Shown here piece after piece: positions 47,422-59,845 of a stretch of DNA of 64,000 nucleotides (position 1 is the stretch's first letter; each line of letters starts with the position of its first letter). The DNA is from Opitutales bacterium (GTDB lineage Bacteria > Verrucomicrobiota > Verrucomicrobiia > Opitutales > UBA2987), in contig CBDDEL010000013.1 in assembly GCA_965226885.1 (NCBI GenBank), positions 256,001 to 320,000 of the forward strand, written 5' to 3'. The notes beneath the pieces were generated by a model, which searched no databases, was not told the DNA's origin, and saw nothing but the letters and a program-made list of their open reading frames with translations. Made by a program: the position numbers and the translations under genes.

Positions 47422-48592
47422 TGTCCTTTCGCCGCCGGCTGTGGGTCATCTGTATGCACAGCCGATTCATCTGCCGAGCCAAGGGCTCCGGTTCGATCGG
47501 CATGCGATGGCGCAAACCGGCCTTCTCGCGGATCAGCCGGATCGCTTTGAGCAACGTGCCGGCTACATCCTTGAGTAATACCCAGTCCGTCGGCCAATGA
47601 ATGTTAGCCTCCAAACAGGTGCCGTCGATCAGGCAAATGGTGGTGTCAATCGGCTTGTCCAATCCCACCTGCCGGGCCAGAAGGGCATCGCCCACCACCT
47701 CAGTCAAGGTCCGGTGCAAGGCCCTCAACTGCTCTTCGCTGAAAAACTTCGAGGCCCGCTCCAGGGTGCTTTTGGAGATGCCCCTGATGCCATCGATCTG
47801 CCGGACACGGCAAAAGTCGGCCAACAGATCGCTGCTGCCCAGAGCCCGCGACAAATGCCGAAACGAAATCCCTCCGAGCAGACGGCCCAGCGTATCCATG
47901 CGCAGTGCCTTGATGGCAAAACTGGCCCGCTGCCGCCGGGCCTTTAGACCCATTGGCGGCCACCCCTCCAAGGCCAGCTCAATGGCCTGCGATTCCACCT
48001 CCGAGTCGATCAGCAGCCGATCGATTCGATCAATGGTGGCGCGGAAGTTATCGTAATCGAGGCACCGGTCGACCACAGTTAAAGCTGGACGCAGGAGGCA
48101 TTGGATGGCTATATTTTTCATAGAAAGGGCTATATTGATTTTCGCTAACTCAATTATAGAACCCTTTTTTGGCCGGATCGAGCAAAAACTTGCTCTTTCC
48201 GGCTCTTTTTATCAACGTCATCCAGTTGACTATAAAATCTTTATATTTTTGGGACAGCCTCCACCTACAGCGACTTTTGGAGCACTTATGATGAAGTCTT
48301 TCCTCATAACCGATCCGTGGGAAAAGAAACCGGTGAAACGGCCCATGTGGAACGATGGAACAATACCCTGCGCCAACGACTGGGTCGTTTCACACGCAAA
48401 ACCCTCTCCTTTTCCAAGCTTAAGAGTATGCATGAAACCTGTCTGAGACTTTTCATTCATCAATATAATCAAGAATTAGCCACCATTCCTACTTAATACA
48501 CTACTCCGGAATCATGGGTTCTCTGGGGATATTCGTATGCACCCTGACCCTGAAAATGACGCTCATGGTCATCTTCGGAGCATTCGGGCTAG

Positions 48593-50159
48593 CCCGGATA
48601 TTTCATGAAGGGTAAAGTTTGGCTCGTTATTGCTATTGGAGATGGATTTCTTTGTATTTTGAGCAGATCGTCTTGATTTTTAGGTGTTTTTCAGGGTGTA
48701 GAGACACTGCCCCCTTTCCCCCATTGGTTCGGTAGTGCCGGGGGCAGCACCAATGCACCCTTTAGGTTGGCACCAATCGGCGGGGCGCATGGTTGAAAAG
48801 ACTGGCCCAAGGATAACTCTCACTTAGGTGAAAGTGAATCGTTCGGGTGTTGCGCACGATGACCGCTCCGATCTTGATTAATTTGAGCCGCAGGGTGTGG
48901 CATTGGGCCCGCGCCCACTTCGTCCCTTTTAAGGCTAACCGGCGCATGGCTTCCATCAAGGTGTAGGCCAGCGCCGACAAGAGCAATCGCCACTGATTGG
49001 CCCACCATTGATGGGCGCTGGTGCGCTCGCTGAACAATTGCATCTGTTCCTTGATTCGGTTCTCCATTTCACCGCGGCCACAGTATACCTTGTCGTAAAG
49101 CTCCTGGGGATCGCCCGGCAGGTTCGTCACCACGAAGCGCGGGTTGGACCCCTGTGCGGTGTGTTCGGCTTTATGGATGACCAACCGCAGCCATCGCCAC
49201 GAATCGGCAGCATAGACGAAGTCCTGGAATAACCGTTGTTTTTTACCCCTTAGTTCGAACCATTCTTTGGCCTGCTTTTGCAACTGCTGGGCGTCTTGCT
49301 GCAAGCGTGCATTGCGAGCCATCCCCACGATGTAACTAACTTCGTTGCGGTCGCACCAAGAGAGTATCCGGTCTCGACAAAATCCACTGTCGGCGCGCCA
49401 AATAATCCGCGTACGGGGCCAGCTTTGGCGAATCCGTTTAACCAGCAATTTGAGGATGGCCCCGGCATGCTTGCTGGCATCGATCTTGCTCGGCCGCAGG
49501 TAGGCCACCAGCAGCTGATCACCGCAAAAAACATATAGCGGCAGAAAACAGTAATGATCATAATAACCGTGGAAAAAACGTCCCTCCTGGAGCCCGTGCA
49601 CCGGATTGTCGGTGGCGTCAAAGTCCAGGATGATCTCTTCGGGTTCCTCGGCAAAGGAGCCCATGAACTGTTCGACCAACAGCTCGTTTACCGCAAAGGC
49701 CGCCCGCCGATCCTGCCCGTTTTCAAAACGACACAAAGTCGGCGCGCTGGCCAACGTTTCAATGCGCCCCGTTACCGTTTGCAACAATGGATCGTGGCGC
49801 AGGGTATCAAAGTCGTTCAAATCCTCATAGCCCGCCACCAGCCCGTAAACGCGCTGCCGCAGCATCCCCAATACCTCATGGCGTACTTTGCCCTTCTGCC
49901 GTTTGTCCACTAACTGTCGGGCCGCTCGTTCGGTCAAGCCCAACTGCCGATCCACTTCCCGGATCAAAAGCAGTCCGGCATCCGAAGTAACCTCTCCGCC
50001 CTTGAAATCAACCCGCACACGGCGGCCTTTTACCCTTGTCAACTGTAGCTTTAATTGTTTACCTTTTGTCATCGCTGATATTGCTTTAATTATTGATCTA
50101 TCCTGCTGTATATCAGCAGTTAAGCATATCAACGATACTTTTTTTACGAAATATCCGGG
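48593..50159 (-). mobile_element. IS1380-family element, complete
   Basis: ORF 48762-50132; CTAG on both sides; sits at the stop codon of the neighbouring IS1380. Confidence 0.93.
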
Positions 50160-52367
50160 CTAGGTTGGCACCAATCGGCGGGCCGCATGGTTGAAAAGAC
50201 TGGCCCAAGGATAACTCTCACTTAGGTGAAAGTGAATCGTTCGGGTGTTGCGCACGATGACCGCTCCGATCTTGATTAATTTGAGCCGCAGGGTGTGGCA
50301 TTGGGCCCGCGCCCACTTCGTCCCTTTTAAGGCTAACCGGCGCATGGCTTCCATCAAGGTGTAGGCCAGCGCCGACAAGAGCAATCGCCACTGATTGGCC
50401 CACCATTGATGGGCGCTGGTGCGCTCGCTGAACAATTGCATCTGTTCCTTGATTCGGTTCTCCATTTCACCGCGGCCACAGTATACCTTGTCGTAAAGCT
50501 CCTGGGGATCGCCCGGCAGGTTCGTCACCAGGTAGTGTATAAAAAAAGAATGTTATTTTGTATTTTTAGCTGTACAAATAGCGTTAGGCAGTTTATTCTT
50601 AGTGCATGGTTACTAAAATTATTAATTGTCGGCACTGTGGAAGTGAAAATATCATTAAATTTGGCAAGACGCCCAACCATAAACAGCGCTACCGCTGCCA
50701 TGATTGTGGTAAACAAAGCCGCGAAAACCCCACAGTAAAATACACCGAAGAGCAAAAAGAAATGATCCTTCGAGTCTATCAGGAACGCAGCAGTCTACGC
50801 GGTTTACAGCGCGCCTTCGGGGTGAGTCCCAACACCGTTTTGAGTTGGTTAAAAAAAACGACAATCGCTGCGACCGCTCAAAAGCACGATTCTTGCGGCC
50901 CGCCGCCATGATGTCATTGAACTGGACGAACTGTGGTCTTTTGTGGGGCGCAAGAGCGATGCCCAATGGGTTTGGATCGCTCTTTGCCGACGCACCCGTC
51001 AAATCCTCTCCTATGCCATTGGGCCTCGGGATTGGTATCGTTGCCGGGAACTTTACGAGCGTCTGCCACGGGCCTACAAAAGATGTGCCACCTACAGCGA
51101 CTTTTGGAGCACTTATGATGAAGTCTTTCCTCATAACCGATCCGTGGGAAAAGAAACCGGTGAAACGGCCCATGTGGAACGATGGAACAATACCCTGCGC
51201 CAACGACTGGGTCGTTTCACACGCAAAACCCTCTCCTTTTCCAAGCTTAAGAGTATGCATGAAACCTGTCTGAGACTTTTCATTCATCAATATAATCAAG
51301 AATTAGCCACCATTCCTACTTAATACACTACCCGTCACCACGAAGCGCGGGTTGGACCCCTGTGCGGTGTGTTCGGCTTTATGGATGACCAACCGCAGCC
51401 ATCGCCACGAATCGGCAGCATAGACGAAGTCCTGGAATAACCGTTGTTTTTTACCCCTTAGTTCGAACCATTCTTTGGCCTGCTTTTGCAACTGCTGGGC
51501 GTCTTGCTGCAAGCGTGCATTGCGAGCCATCCCCACGATGTAACTAACTTCGTTGCGGTCGCACCAAGAGAGTATCCGGTCTCGACAAAATCCACTGTCG
51601 GCGCGCCAAATAATCCGCGTACGGGGCCAGCTTTGGCGAATCCGTTTAACCAGCAATTTGAGGATGGCCCCGGCATGCTTGCTGGCATCGATCTTGCTCG
51701 GCCGCAGGTAGGCCACCAGCAGCTGATCACCGCAAAAAACATATAGCGGCAGAAAACAGTAATGATCATAATAACCGTGGAAAAAACGTCCCTCCTGGAG
51801 CCCGTGCACCGGATTGTCGGTGGCGTCAAAGTCCAGGATGATCTCTTCGGGTTCCTCGGCAAAGGAGCCCATGAACTGTTCGACCAACAGCTCGTTTACC
51901 GCAAAGGCCGCCCGCCGATCCTGCCCGTTTTCAAAACGACACAAAGTCGGCGCGCTGGCCAACGTTTCAATGCGCCCCGTTACCGTTTGCAACAATGGAT
52001 CGTGGCGCAGGGTATCAAAGTCGTTCAAATCCTCATAGCCCGCCACCAGCCCGTAAACGCGCTGCCGCAGCATCCCCAAGACCTCATGGCGTACTTTGCC
52101 CTTCTGCCGTTTGTCCACTAACTGTCGGGCCGCTCGTTCGGTCAAGCCCAACTGCCGATCCACTTCCCGGATCAAAAGCAGTCCGGCATCCGAAGTAACC
52201 TCTCCGCCCTTGAAATCAACCCGCACACGGCGGCCTTTTACCCTTGTCAACTGTAGCTTTAATTGTTTACCTTTTGTCATCGCTGATATTGCTTTAATTA
52301 TTGATCTATCCTGCTGTATATCAGCAGTTAAGCATATCAACGATACTTTTTTTACGAAATATCCGGG
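50160..52367 (-). mobile_element. IS1380 interrupted by IS1-A and lacking its 3' end
   Basis: ORF halves 51303-52340 and 50160-50528. Confidence 0.92.
50531..51332 (+). mobile_element. IS1-A, complete
   Basis: DR CGTCACCA. Confidence 0.95.
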
Positions 52368-52389
52368 CTAAATATTGAATTAATAAAAA

Positions 52390-52878
52390 ATGTCCGATCC
52401 CGAACCAATTGTTGTCCTGGAAACCAACCAGGGAGTCATTGAAATCCAACTGATGCCGGAGGTTGCGCCCAAGGCCTGTCAAAATTTAACGGAACACGTC
52501 CGCAATGGATATTACGACGGTTTGATTTTTCACCGGATAATTCCAAGATTCATGATCCAGGGTGGAGACCCAACCGGCACCGGCAGCGGTGGCCAATCCA
52601 TTTGGGGCGAAAGTTTTGAGGACGAATGCTCCAAAAATGTAAAGTTTAATGAAAAAGGAATTCTCGCCATGGCCAATTCCGGTCCCAACACCAATGGCAG
52701 TCAGTTTTTCATTACGACCGCAAAAACTCCCTGGCTCCACATGAACCACACCATCTTCGGGAAAGTAGTCGAAGGATATAAAACGATAAAAAAACTCGAA
52801 AGCATGCAAACCAGCAGTCAGGATCGGCCCATCGAGGAGCAAAAAATCATTCGCGCGTTCATAAAACAAATAGGGTAA
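52390..52878 (+). CDS. Cyclophilin-type peptidyl-prolyl cis-trans isomerase
   Basis: FHRIIPRFMIQGGDPTG and MANSGPNTNGSQFFIT motifs. Confidence 0.96.
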   Translation: MSDPEPIVVLETNQGVIEIQLMPEVAPKACQNLTEHVRNGYYDGLIFHRIIPRFMIQGGDPTGTGSGGQSIWGESFEDECSKNVKFNEKGILAMANSGPNTNGSQFFITTAKTPWLHMNHTIFGKVVEGYKTIKKLESMQTSSQDRPIEEQKIIRAFIKQIG

Positions 52879-53065
52879 AATTTCTAAATCCCGCTCAACC
52901 TGAACGAGCCGGCCTTACCATAGCCAAAACCTCGACTGCACTCGACAATGTATGGCATGGGTGGATGGCTGCAAAATCCAAAATGCGCCGTTCAACCCAA
53001 CAAACGATTTCCAATGGCGTCTTTAACTAATCTTTGATAAATTATTTTAAAACGATACAAATTCG

Positions 53066-53861
53066 GGTAGTGTTAACATGACGAATGTTTGATATTGCTG
53101 TTGTATTCCCAGATGAACAAGCACAGGACGCGAAAATGCATGACCAAAGACTTCGAGAATGACAGCGTTTTACGCACATAGCGTGACAGGGACTGTCGCA
53201 AGGTATTGTTCCAGCGTTCGATATGGGCGGTTTGGCCGGATTGTTTCCCGCTGGCGCTGTTGTGAGGGAAAACCTTGTCGTAGCTTTCCCAGTAATCGCT
53301 TACGGTGGCACAGTCGCGATAGGGCTGGGCGATGTTGTGATACAACTGCCAGCACGTTTGATCGCTACGATCACCCAGAGAAAACCCGACGACCTGTCGG
53401 GTACGTCGACACAAGGCTACCCATAGCCATACCTGCCCCGAACGCTTATCGCCCCAGAATGACCACACCTCGTCCAGTTCCAGCACATCACTACACTGGC
53501 GGGCAAGCAGAGTGGACTCCAGCTTCGGCAAACTCAGGACTTTTTTTTAATCCATTCGATGACCGTCTTTGGGGCTACCCCGAAGGTACGGTAAATGGCA
53601 CGCAGGCTCATCCGGTTTTGGTGCGCACGGAGCACCTGCTTGACCAGCGCCGGAGGATGCTCACGACTTTTGGGGTGAAGCCGAAACTGATAACCACACC
53701 CCTTGCATCGATACTTCTGAACCCCTTTCGGATCCTTGCCGTGCTTGATGATGTGATCGCTTCCGCATTGAGGACATTTTACTGTGATATGGACCATTCC
53801 CAGTTCACAACATAATCACGCTAAAAAGTACAGCTTAAACATTCAAAATGTTAACACTACC
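53066..53861 (-). mobile_element. IS1-B, complete
   Basis: DR CAAATTCG. Confidence 0.95.
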
Positions 53862-54101
53862 CAAATTCGGTTGCAAATTTCGTCTTTTTATTAAATATTG
53901 TTGGATTACTTAAGTTTGTTAAGTAATATATCTAATAAACCCAATTTTATACTTGTAAAATGATCGATTAGGGAACAAAAACCTAATTTATCATGAAATT
54001 TAATTTTCATTTTAAAAAGAAATCATAGGGCAAACTTCTCCCAATATACATAACTACAGGTAAATTAAAATTAGCAAAGAAACAATAACAACTGTTAGGT
54101 T

Positions 54102-54599
54102 ATGGCAAAAAGAAAAAGAAAAGATCCAAAAAACAAGGGAATAAGCCGTATAGATTCGGGTTCGACTCATGGATGGTTTGTGAGGGGGTACAAAAATGGA
54201 AAAACCTACTCCAAACTTTATAGCGACATGAAGTGCGGGGGTAAAAGAAAAGCTCAGCAGGCAGCGAGAACTTTTCGCGATGAGCTTTACGAAAAGTTGG
54301 CCCAAATCCCCACCAAGCCTCGGGGTCGGAGGATCGTTTATCGTGATGCGCGCAATACTACAGGTGTGTTGGGTGTTTGCCGCACGGCAAAAACAAGTCC
54401 TAACGGGACAATAAACGAATGTTATTCGGTCAGTTGGAGACCGGCGCCCGGTGAACAGAAATGCACATCCTTCTCTATTCGCAGATATGGGGAGAAAAAA
54501 GCTTTCAAACTCGCCGTTGCTCATCGGCGGAAAATGCTTCGCCAAATTCATGGCCCAGGCATTTTCCGTAAAATGGCGGCCAGGCAAAAAAGCTCCTGA
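54102..54599 (+). CDS. Tandem AP2-domain DNA-binding protein
   Basis: Two AP2-like units: GISRID..GWFVR..KLYSD..GG.RKAQQAARTFRD and TGVLGV..YSVSW..SFSIRRYGEKKAFKLAVAHR. Very basic. Confidence 0.8.
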   Translation: MAKRKRKDPKNKGISRIDSGSTHGWFVRGYKNGKTYSKLYSDMKCGGKRKAQQAARTFRDELYEKLAQIPTKPRGRRIVYRDARNTTGVLGVCRTAKTSPNGTINECYSVSWRPAPGEQKCTSFSIRRYGEKKAFKLAVAHRRKMLRQIHGPGIFRKMAARQKSS

Positions 54600-54702
54600 G
54601 CATATTTGACTGAGTGGCCGGGCGGTGTAACGCATCGCCTCCCTCGCCCCACATTTTTAGGTTGGTGGAATCGCGCTGCATGGCTAAAAGGCAGCGTGTG
54701 GG

Positions 54703-55504
54703 GGTAGTGTATAAAAAAAGAATGTTATTTTGTATTTTTAGCTGTACAAATAGCGCTAGGCAGTTTATTCTTAGTGCATGGTTACTAAAATTATTAATTG
54801 TCGGCACTGTGGAAGTGAAAATATCATTAAATTTGGCAAGACGCCCAACCATAAACAGCGCTACCGCTGCCATGATTGTGGTAAACAAAGCCGCGAAAAC
54901 CCCACAGTGAAATACACCGAAGAGCAAAAAGAAATGATCCTTCGAGTCTATCAGGAACGCAGCAGTCTACGCGGTTTACAGCGCGCCTTCGGGGTGAGTC
55001 CCAACACCGTTTTGAGTTGGTTAAAAAAAACGACAATCGCTGCGACCGCTCAAAAGCACGATTCTTGCGGCCCGCCGCCATGATGTCATTGAACTGGACG
55101 AACTGTGGTCTTTTGTGGGGCGCAAGAGCGATGCCCAATGGGTTTGGATCGCTCTTTGCCGACGCACCCGTCAAATCCTCTCCTATGCCATTGGGCCTCG
55201 GGATTGGTATCGTTACCGGGAACTTTACGAGCGTCTGCCACGGGCCTACAAAAGATGTGCCACCTACAGCGACTTTTGGAGCACTTATGATGAAGTCTTT
55301 CCTCATAACCGATCCGTGGGAAAAGAAACCGGTGAAATGGCCCATGTGGAACGATGGAACAATACCCTGCGCCAACGACTGGGTCGTTTCACACGCAAAA
55401 CCCTCTCCTTTTCCAAGCTTAAGAGTATGCATGAAACCTGTCTGAGACTTTTCATTCATCAATATAATCAAGAATTAGCCACCATTCCTACTTAATACAC
55501 TACC
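54703..55504 (+). mobile_element. IS1-A, complete
   Basis: DR CGTGTGGG. Confidence 0.95.
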
Positions 55505-55662
55505 CGTGTGGGCAATCGCGCATCATTTTTGCTTTCCTAGCGCTACCGGCAGAACCGTCTGATGAGGATTCCAGGTTGCAAAAGGAAGCTTCCGCCGTGG
55601 CATGGAATTCCCTTTGCGGGGAATTGGCATTGGGCTAGGCTGTATTCGGATTGCGGTTTATC

Positions 55663-56184
55663 ATGCTGGAAGGTTACTTAGTGTCGTTTTTAAAAATAGC
55701 CGTGGTTCACTTTTTGGCTGTTTCTTCCCCCGGTCCGGATTTTTTTCTGGTCCTTCGCAATTCCCTCATGGGCTCCCGGAGAACGGGTGTCTACACTTCG
55801 GTTGGAATCATGCTGGGCATTGGAGTTCATCTGAGCTATTGCCTGTTGGGCCTTCTTCTGGTGTTGAAAAGTTCAGAAAGCCTCTTCCTCTTTTTGAAGT
55901 ATGCCTGTGCCGGTTATCTTTTTTATTTGGGGGCGCAGGCCATTCGTCAAAAAGCTATTGCTCCTGAGGCCCCCGGCGTTTTATCGGGTTCGAGCCCCCT
56001 GACTTCCTCGGCCGCGGTGCGACAGGGTTTCGTCTGCAACCTCATTAACCCTAAAGCTATCCTCTTTTTCTGGAGCCTCTTTACCGTCATTATCTCAACT
56101 ACGACACCGTTATGGCTGCAATCCGCCATGGCACTGGAAATGATGTTTGTCAATTTTTGGTGGTTTGCCCTGGTCGCCTATATA
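55663..56184 (+). pseudogene. LysE/RhtB-family exporter, C-terminally truncated
   Basis: SPGPDFFLV, YLFYLG and GFVCNLINPKA motifs; cut by the IS5-like element. Confidence 0.85.
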
Positions 56185-56671
56185 GAGGCTGTCCCAAAAA
56201 TATAAAGATTTTATAGTCAACTGGATGACGTTGATAAAAAGAGCCGGAAAGAGCAAGTTTTTGCTCGATCCGGCCAAAAAAGGGTTCTATAATTGAGTTA
56301 GCGAAAATCAATATAGCCCTTTCTATGAAAAATATAGCCATCCAATGCCTCCTGCGTCCAGCTTTAACTGTGGTCGACCGGTGCCTCGATTACGATAACT
56401 TCCGCGCCACCATTGATCGAATCGATCGGCTGCTGATCGACTCGGAGGTGACGTGTACTGGATTTGTTGGACACGGGATTCTCTTATATTCATTGTTTAT
56501 TGATTAGTGTGTCAGGCGGCTTGTTTTGGTAAAGGGTTTTGTTTTCTCGTTGCCCCCCATGGGGGGCAAATATTTTCCTCGAATTGGACTGGGTGTAAAC
56601 GCCGGGATGAAACCGGTACGGGGGTCGGGGTAAAACCGGTACGCTTGGAATAAGGTTTAGGTTAGTAATTG

Positions 56672-57472
56672 GGTAGTGTATAAAAAAAGAATGTTATTTG
56701 TATTTTTAGCTGTACAAATAGCGTTAGGCAGTTTATTCTTAGTGCATGGTTACTAAAATTATTAATTGTCGGCACTGTGGAAGTGAAAATATCATTAAAT
56801 TTGGCAAGACGCCCAACCATAAACAGCGCTACCGCTGCCATGATTGTGGTAAACAAAGCCGCGAAAACCCCACAGTGAAATACACCGAAGAGCAAAAAGA
56901 AATGATCCTGCGAGTCTATCAGGAACGCAGCAGTCTACGCGGTTTACAGCGCGCCTTCGGGGTGAGTCCCAACACCGTTTTGAGTTGGTTAAAAAAAACG
57001 ACAATCGCTGCGACCGCTCAAAAGCACGATTCTTGCGGCCCGCCGCCATGATGTCATTGAACTGGACGAACTGTGGTCTTTTGTGGGGCGCAAGAGCGAT
57101 GCCCAATGGGTTTGGATCGCTCTTTGCCGACGCACCCGTCAAATCCTCTCCTATGCCATTGGGCCTCGGGATTGGTATCGTTGCCGGGAACTTTACGAGC
57201 GTCTGCCACGGGCCTACAAAAGATGTGCCACCTACAGCGACTTTTGGAGCACTTATGATGAAGTCTTTCCTCATAACCGATCCGTGGGAAAAGAAACCGG
57301 TGAAACGGCCCATGTGGAACGATGGAACAATACCCTGCGCCAACGACTGGGTCGTTTCACACGCAAAACCCTCTCCTTTTCCAAGCTTAAGAGTATGCAT
57401 GAAACCTGTCTGAGACTTTTCATTCATCAATATAATCAAGAATTAGCCACCATTCCTACTTAATACACTACC
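56672..57472 (+). mobile_element. IS1-A, complete, in the IS21 non-coding end
   Basis: DR AGTAATTG. Confidence 0.94.
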
Positions 57473-57575
57473 AGTAATTGCAGGTACGTCAAGGTTTAGG
57501 GTTTGGGAGTTGGTTTTGGGGATTGGCTTGGGGTCGGTGAGGAGGCCGGAGGCCGACGAGCCGGGCCCAAGGCGT

Positions 57576-58343
57576 TTATTGTTTTGTGCCACGGCGACGG
57601 CGTCGAGCATCGCGCAAGCGGTAGCTTTGCCCGTTGGCTTCGAGGATATGCACCCGATGGGTGAGTCGGTCCAGCAGAGCTCCGGTGAGCCGTTCGGAAC
57701 CGAGCACTTCGATCCAGTTCTCAAAGGGCAGGTTGGTGGTGACGATGAGACTGGTGCGCTCGTAAGCGCGGCTGACCACGTCGAAGAGCAGTTCGGAACC
57801 GGTCTTGGAAAAAGGGACGTAACCGAGTTCGTCGAGGATGAGTAGGTCGAGCCTTTCGAGTTGCTTCATGAAGCGCTGCAGGTCGTGGTTGTCGCGTTGC
57901 TCGAGCATATGGGTAACCAGGGCGGTGACCCCGAAGAAACGGATCCGCCGGCCCTGGGCACAGGCGGCAAAGCCCAGGGCGGTGGCCAGGTGCGTTTTAC
58001 CGGTACCGGCGTTACCGAGGAGCAGCACGTTTTCGCGCTGGTCGACATACTCCCCGCGCATGAGCTCTCGGATGAGCGCTTCGTTGATCGAGGGCTGCGC
58101 TTCAAAGGCGAAGCTCTCGAGGGTCTTGAGCACGGGGAAACGGGCGTTTTTGATCCGCCGCTGGGCGGCCCGCTGTTCGCGTTCAATGAGCTCCCGTTCG
58201 ACCAGATGCAACAAAAAGGCGGCGTAATCGAGCCGGTCCCGGGAACAAGCCGCGGCCACCGCCGGCCATTCGCGCAGGATGGTGGGCAACCTCAGTTTCT
58301 TGAGGTGATGGTGTAACAGCAGCTGGTTTTTTTCTTCCTTCAT
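57576..58343 (-). CDS. istB: IS21 helper AAA+ ATPase
   Basis: GNAGTGKTHL, LILDELGY and LLDRLTHR motifs. Confidence 0.95.
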   Translation of the reverse strand: MKEEKNQLLLHHHLKKLRLPTILREWPAVAAACSRDRLDYAAFLLHLVERELIEREQRAAQRRIKNARFPVLKTLESFAFEAQPSINEALIRELMRGEYVDQRENVLLLGNAGTGKTHLATALGFAACAQGRRIRFFGVTALVTHMLEQRDNHDLQRFMKQLERLDLLILDELGYVPFSKTGSELLFDVVSRAYERTSLIVTTNLPFENWIEVLGSERLTGALLDRLTHRVHILEANGQSYRLRDARRRRRGTKQ

Positions 58344-59845
58344 AAAGCCCCTCCTGGAATCTTGAGCAGTTCGCTGTAGGCACCGAGGTCAGGGGCGGCC
58401 ACACGGACGTGACGCAGGTGTGGATGGCCGTCCAGCCGGAAGGTTCTGCTCCCGTAGTCTTCCTGAGGATAGAGATACTGGGCGATGGCCTCACGAGTCA
58501 GTCCCCCCACCCGCAGGGCCGAGACGACGGCCTGCTGCAAGGCCGCCATGGGGTGTTTCTCCAACAGCCGCAGCACCCGGATATACTCCCGGGTGCCTTC
58601 GCCCCCGCATTGGCTTTCGAGCCGGCGTCTGAGGACCTGCAGGCACTGCGGCAACTGCCAGCCCGAGAGTGGGCGGGCGAAGTCCAAAGCGCCCGGTTTT
58701 TTCTCCAGCAAAGCCAGGTAGTGCACCGGCTCGAAAGAGACTTGCTCTTTATCCCAAATGCGGCGGTGCCGGGCCACCTCTTGGCCCCCACAGAAGATCA
58801 CCACCTGCCGACAGGACCCTTCCACCACCACCGGATGGTGGGCGCAGCGCACCGGCACCGAATAGTCGTTGCACTCGAAGCGCACCAGCGAGAGGCTGCT
58901 GACGCAGGTCGAGCGTTTGCGGCTCGCTTCAAAGGGTATGGGCGGCAACGCCAGCATGACGGCGCGCTCCTCGGCCAGCAGTTCCTTTTTCACCGCCCTT
59001 TTCCCGCGTAATTTACGCTCCATGTCCCGCTCACATGCCTCCAACAGCTTTGCGTTGAGTTCCTCCAGGTCCCGAACCTGCGGTACCGGTACCAGGAAGT
59101 TGGCCCGGGCATAACGCACGATCCCCTCGACCACGCCCTTCTCGTTGGGCCGGGCGGGCAGACAGAAGTGTTCCTCGAACAGGTAATGGCTCTGTAGCTG
59201 CAGAAACCCGTCGGTCAGCTTGCGTTCACGCGAACCGATAATCTTACCCACCGCCACCTTCGAGTTGTCATAGCTGATGCGCCGGGGCACCGCCCCGAAA
59301 AACTCAAAAGCTCGCAGGTGCCCCTCCCAGAAGCTCTCCGTGCACTCCCGTTCGAACACCTGCACGAAAAAGGCATCGCTGTAGGGCAGGCTCATGGCAA
59401 AAAATGGCCGCCTACGCAATTGCCCCGCCTCCTTCACCAGGGCATGACCGAAGTCCACCTGTCCCTCCCCGGGGCGGTGCTCCAGCGGCACGAACACTTC
59501 CCGCCGCCTCGCTCGCAGCTCGGCCACCACCTCCTTGACCGCCGTGTAGCCCCCTTGGTAGCCCTTCTCCCGACCCAAACGCTGGTAGATCCGTTTGGCC
59601 GTATGGCGCTGCTTCTTGGGCACGTTCCGGTCCGCTTTGAGCACCTCCTCGATCCAGCCCACATACGGATCGATCTTGCGCTCTCGCCTCTTCTTGCGCC
59701 GGTATCCCGGCGGCTGGGAATAGGCCAGCATCTTTCCCAGGGTCTCCCAGTGCAGTCCCTCTTCTCGCATTACAGAGCGCTTGCTCTGCTTGTCCCGCAG
59801 CACTTTGTGCCGCACTCTTGTCCATTGCTTCATATCTCGATACAC
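58340..59845 (-). CDS. istA: IS21 transposase
   Basis: QVDFG, YDNSK and EKGVVE (DDE) motifs. Confidence 0.95.
   Translation of the reverse strand: MYRDMKQWTRVRHKVLRDKQSKRSVMREEGLHWETLGKMLAYSQPPGYRRKKRRERKIDPYVGWIEEVLKADRNVPKKQRHTAKRIYQRLGREKGYQGGYTAVKEVVAELRARRREVFVPLEHRPGEGQVDFGHALVKEAGQLRRRPFFAMSLPYSDAFFVQVFERECTESFWEGHLRAFEFFGAVPRRISYDNSKVAVGKIIGSRERKLTDGFLQLQSHYLFEEHFCLPARPNEKGVVEGIVRYARANFLVPVPQVRDLEELNAKLLEACERDMERKLRGKRAVKKELLAEERAVMLALPPIPFEASRKRSTCVSSLSLVRFECNDYSVPVRCAHHPVVVEGSCRQVVIFCGGQEVARHRRIWDKEQVSFEPVHYLALLEKKPGALDFARPLSGWQLPQCLQVLRRRLESQCGGEGTREYIRVLRLLEKHPMAALQQAVVSALRVGGLTREAIAQYLYPQEDYGSRTFRLDGHPHLRHVRVAAPDLGAYSELLKIPGGAL

Larger units (their letters stand above)
45113..49704. 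repeat. About 2.3-kb tandem duplication (45113-47418 and 47419-49704)
   Basis: Each unit is IS5-like 5' half + IS1-A 3' fragment + about 85 bp host DNA + IS1380 3' part. The junction has CGC microhomology. Confidence 0.88.

Noticed and set aside
53066..55504. IS1-B/AP2 gene/IS1-A (and IS1-A/GT4/IS1-B at 23763-26691) as composite transposons
   Set aside because: Each IS has its own target duplication, so these are independent insertions.
55559..55615. CTGATGAG as a hammerhead ribozyme core
   Set aside because: No properly placed GAAA or consistent stems were found.
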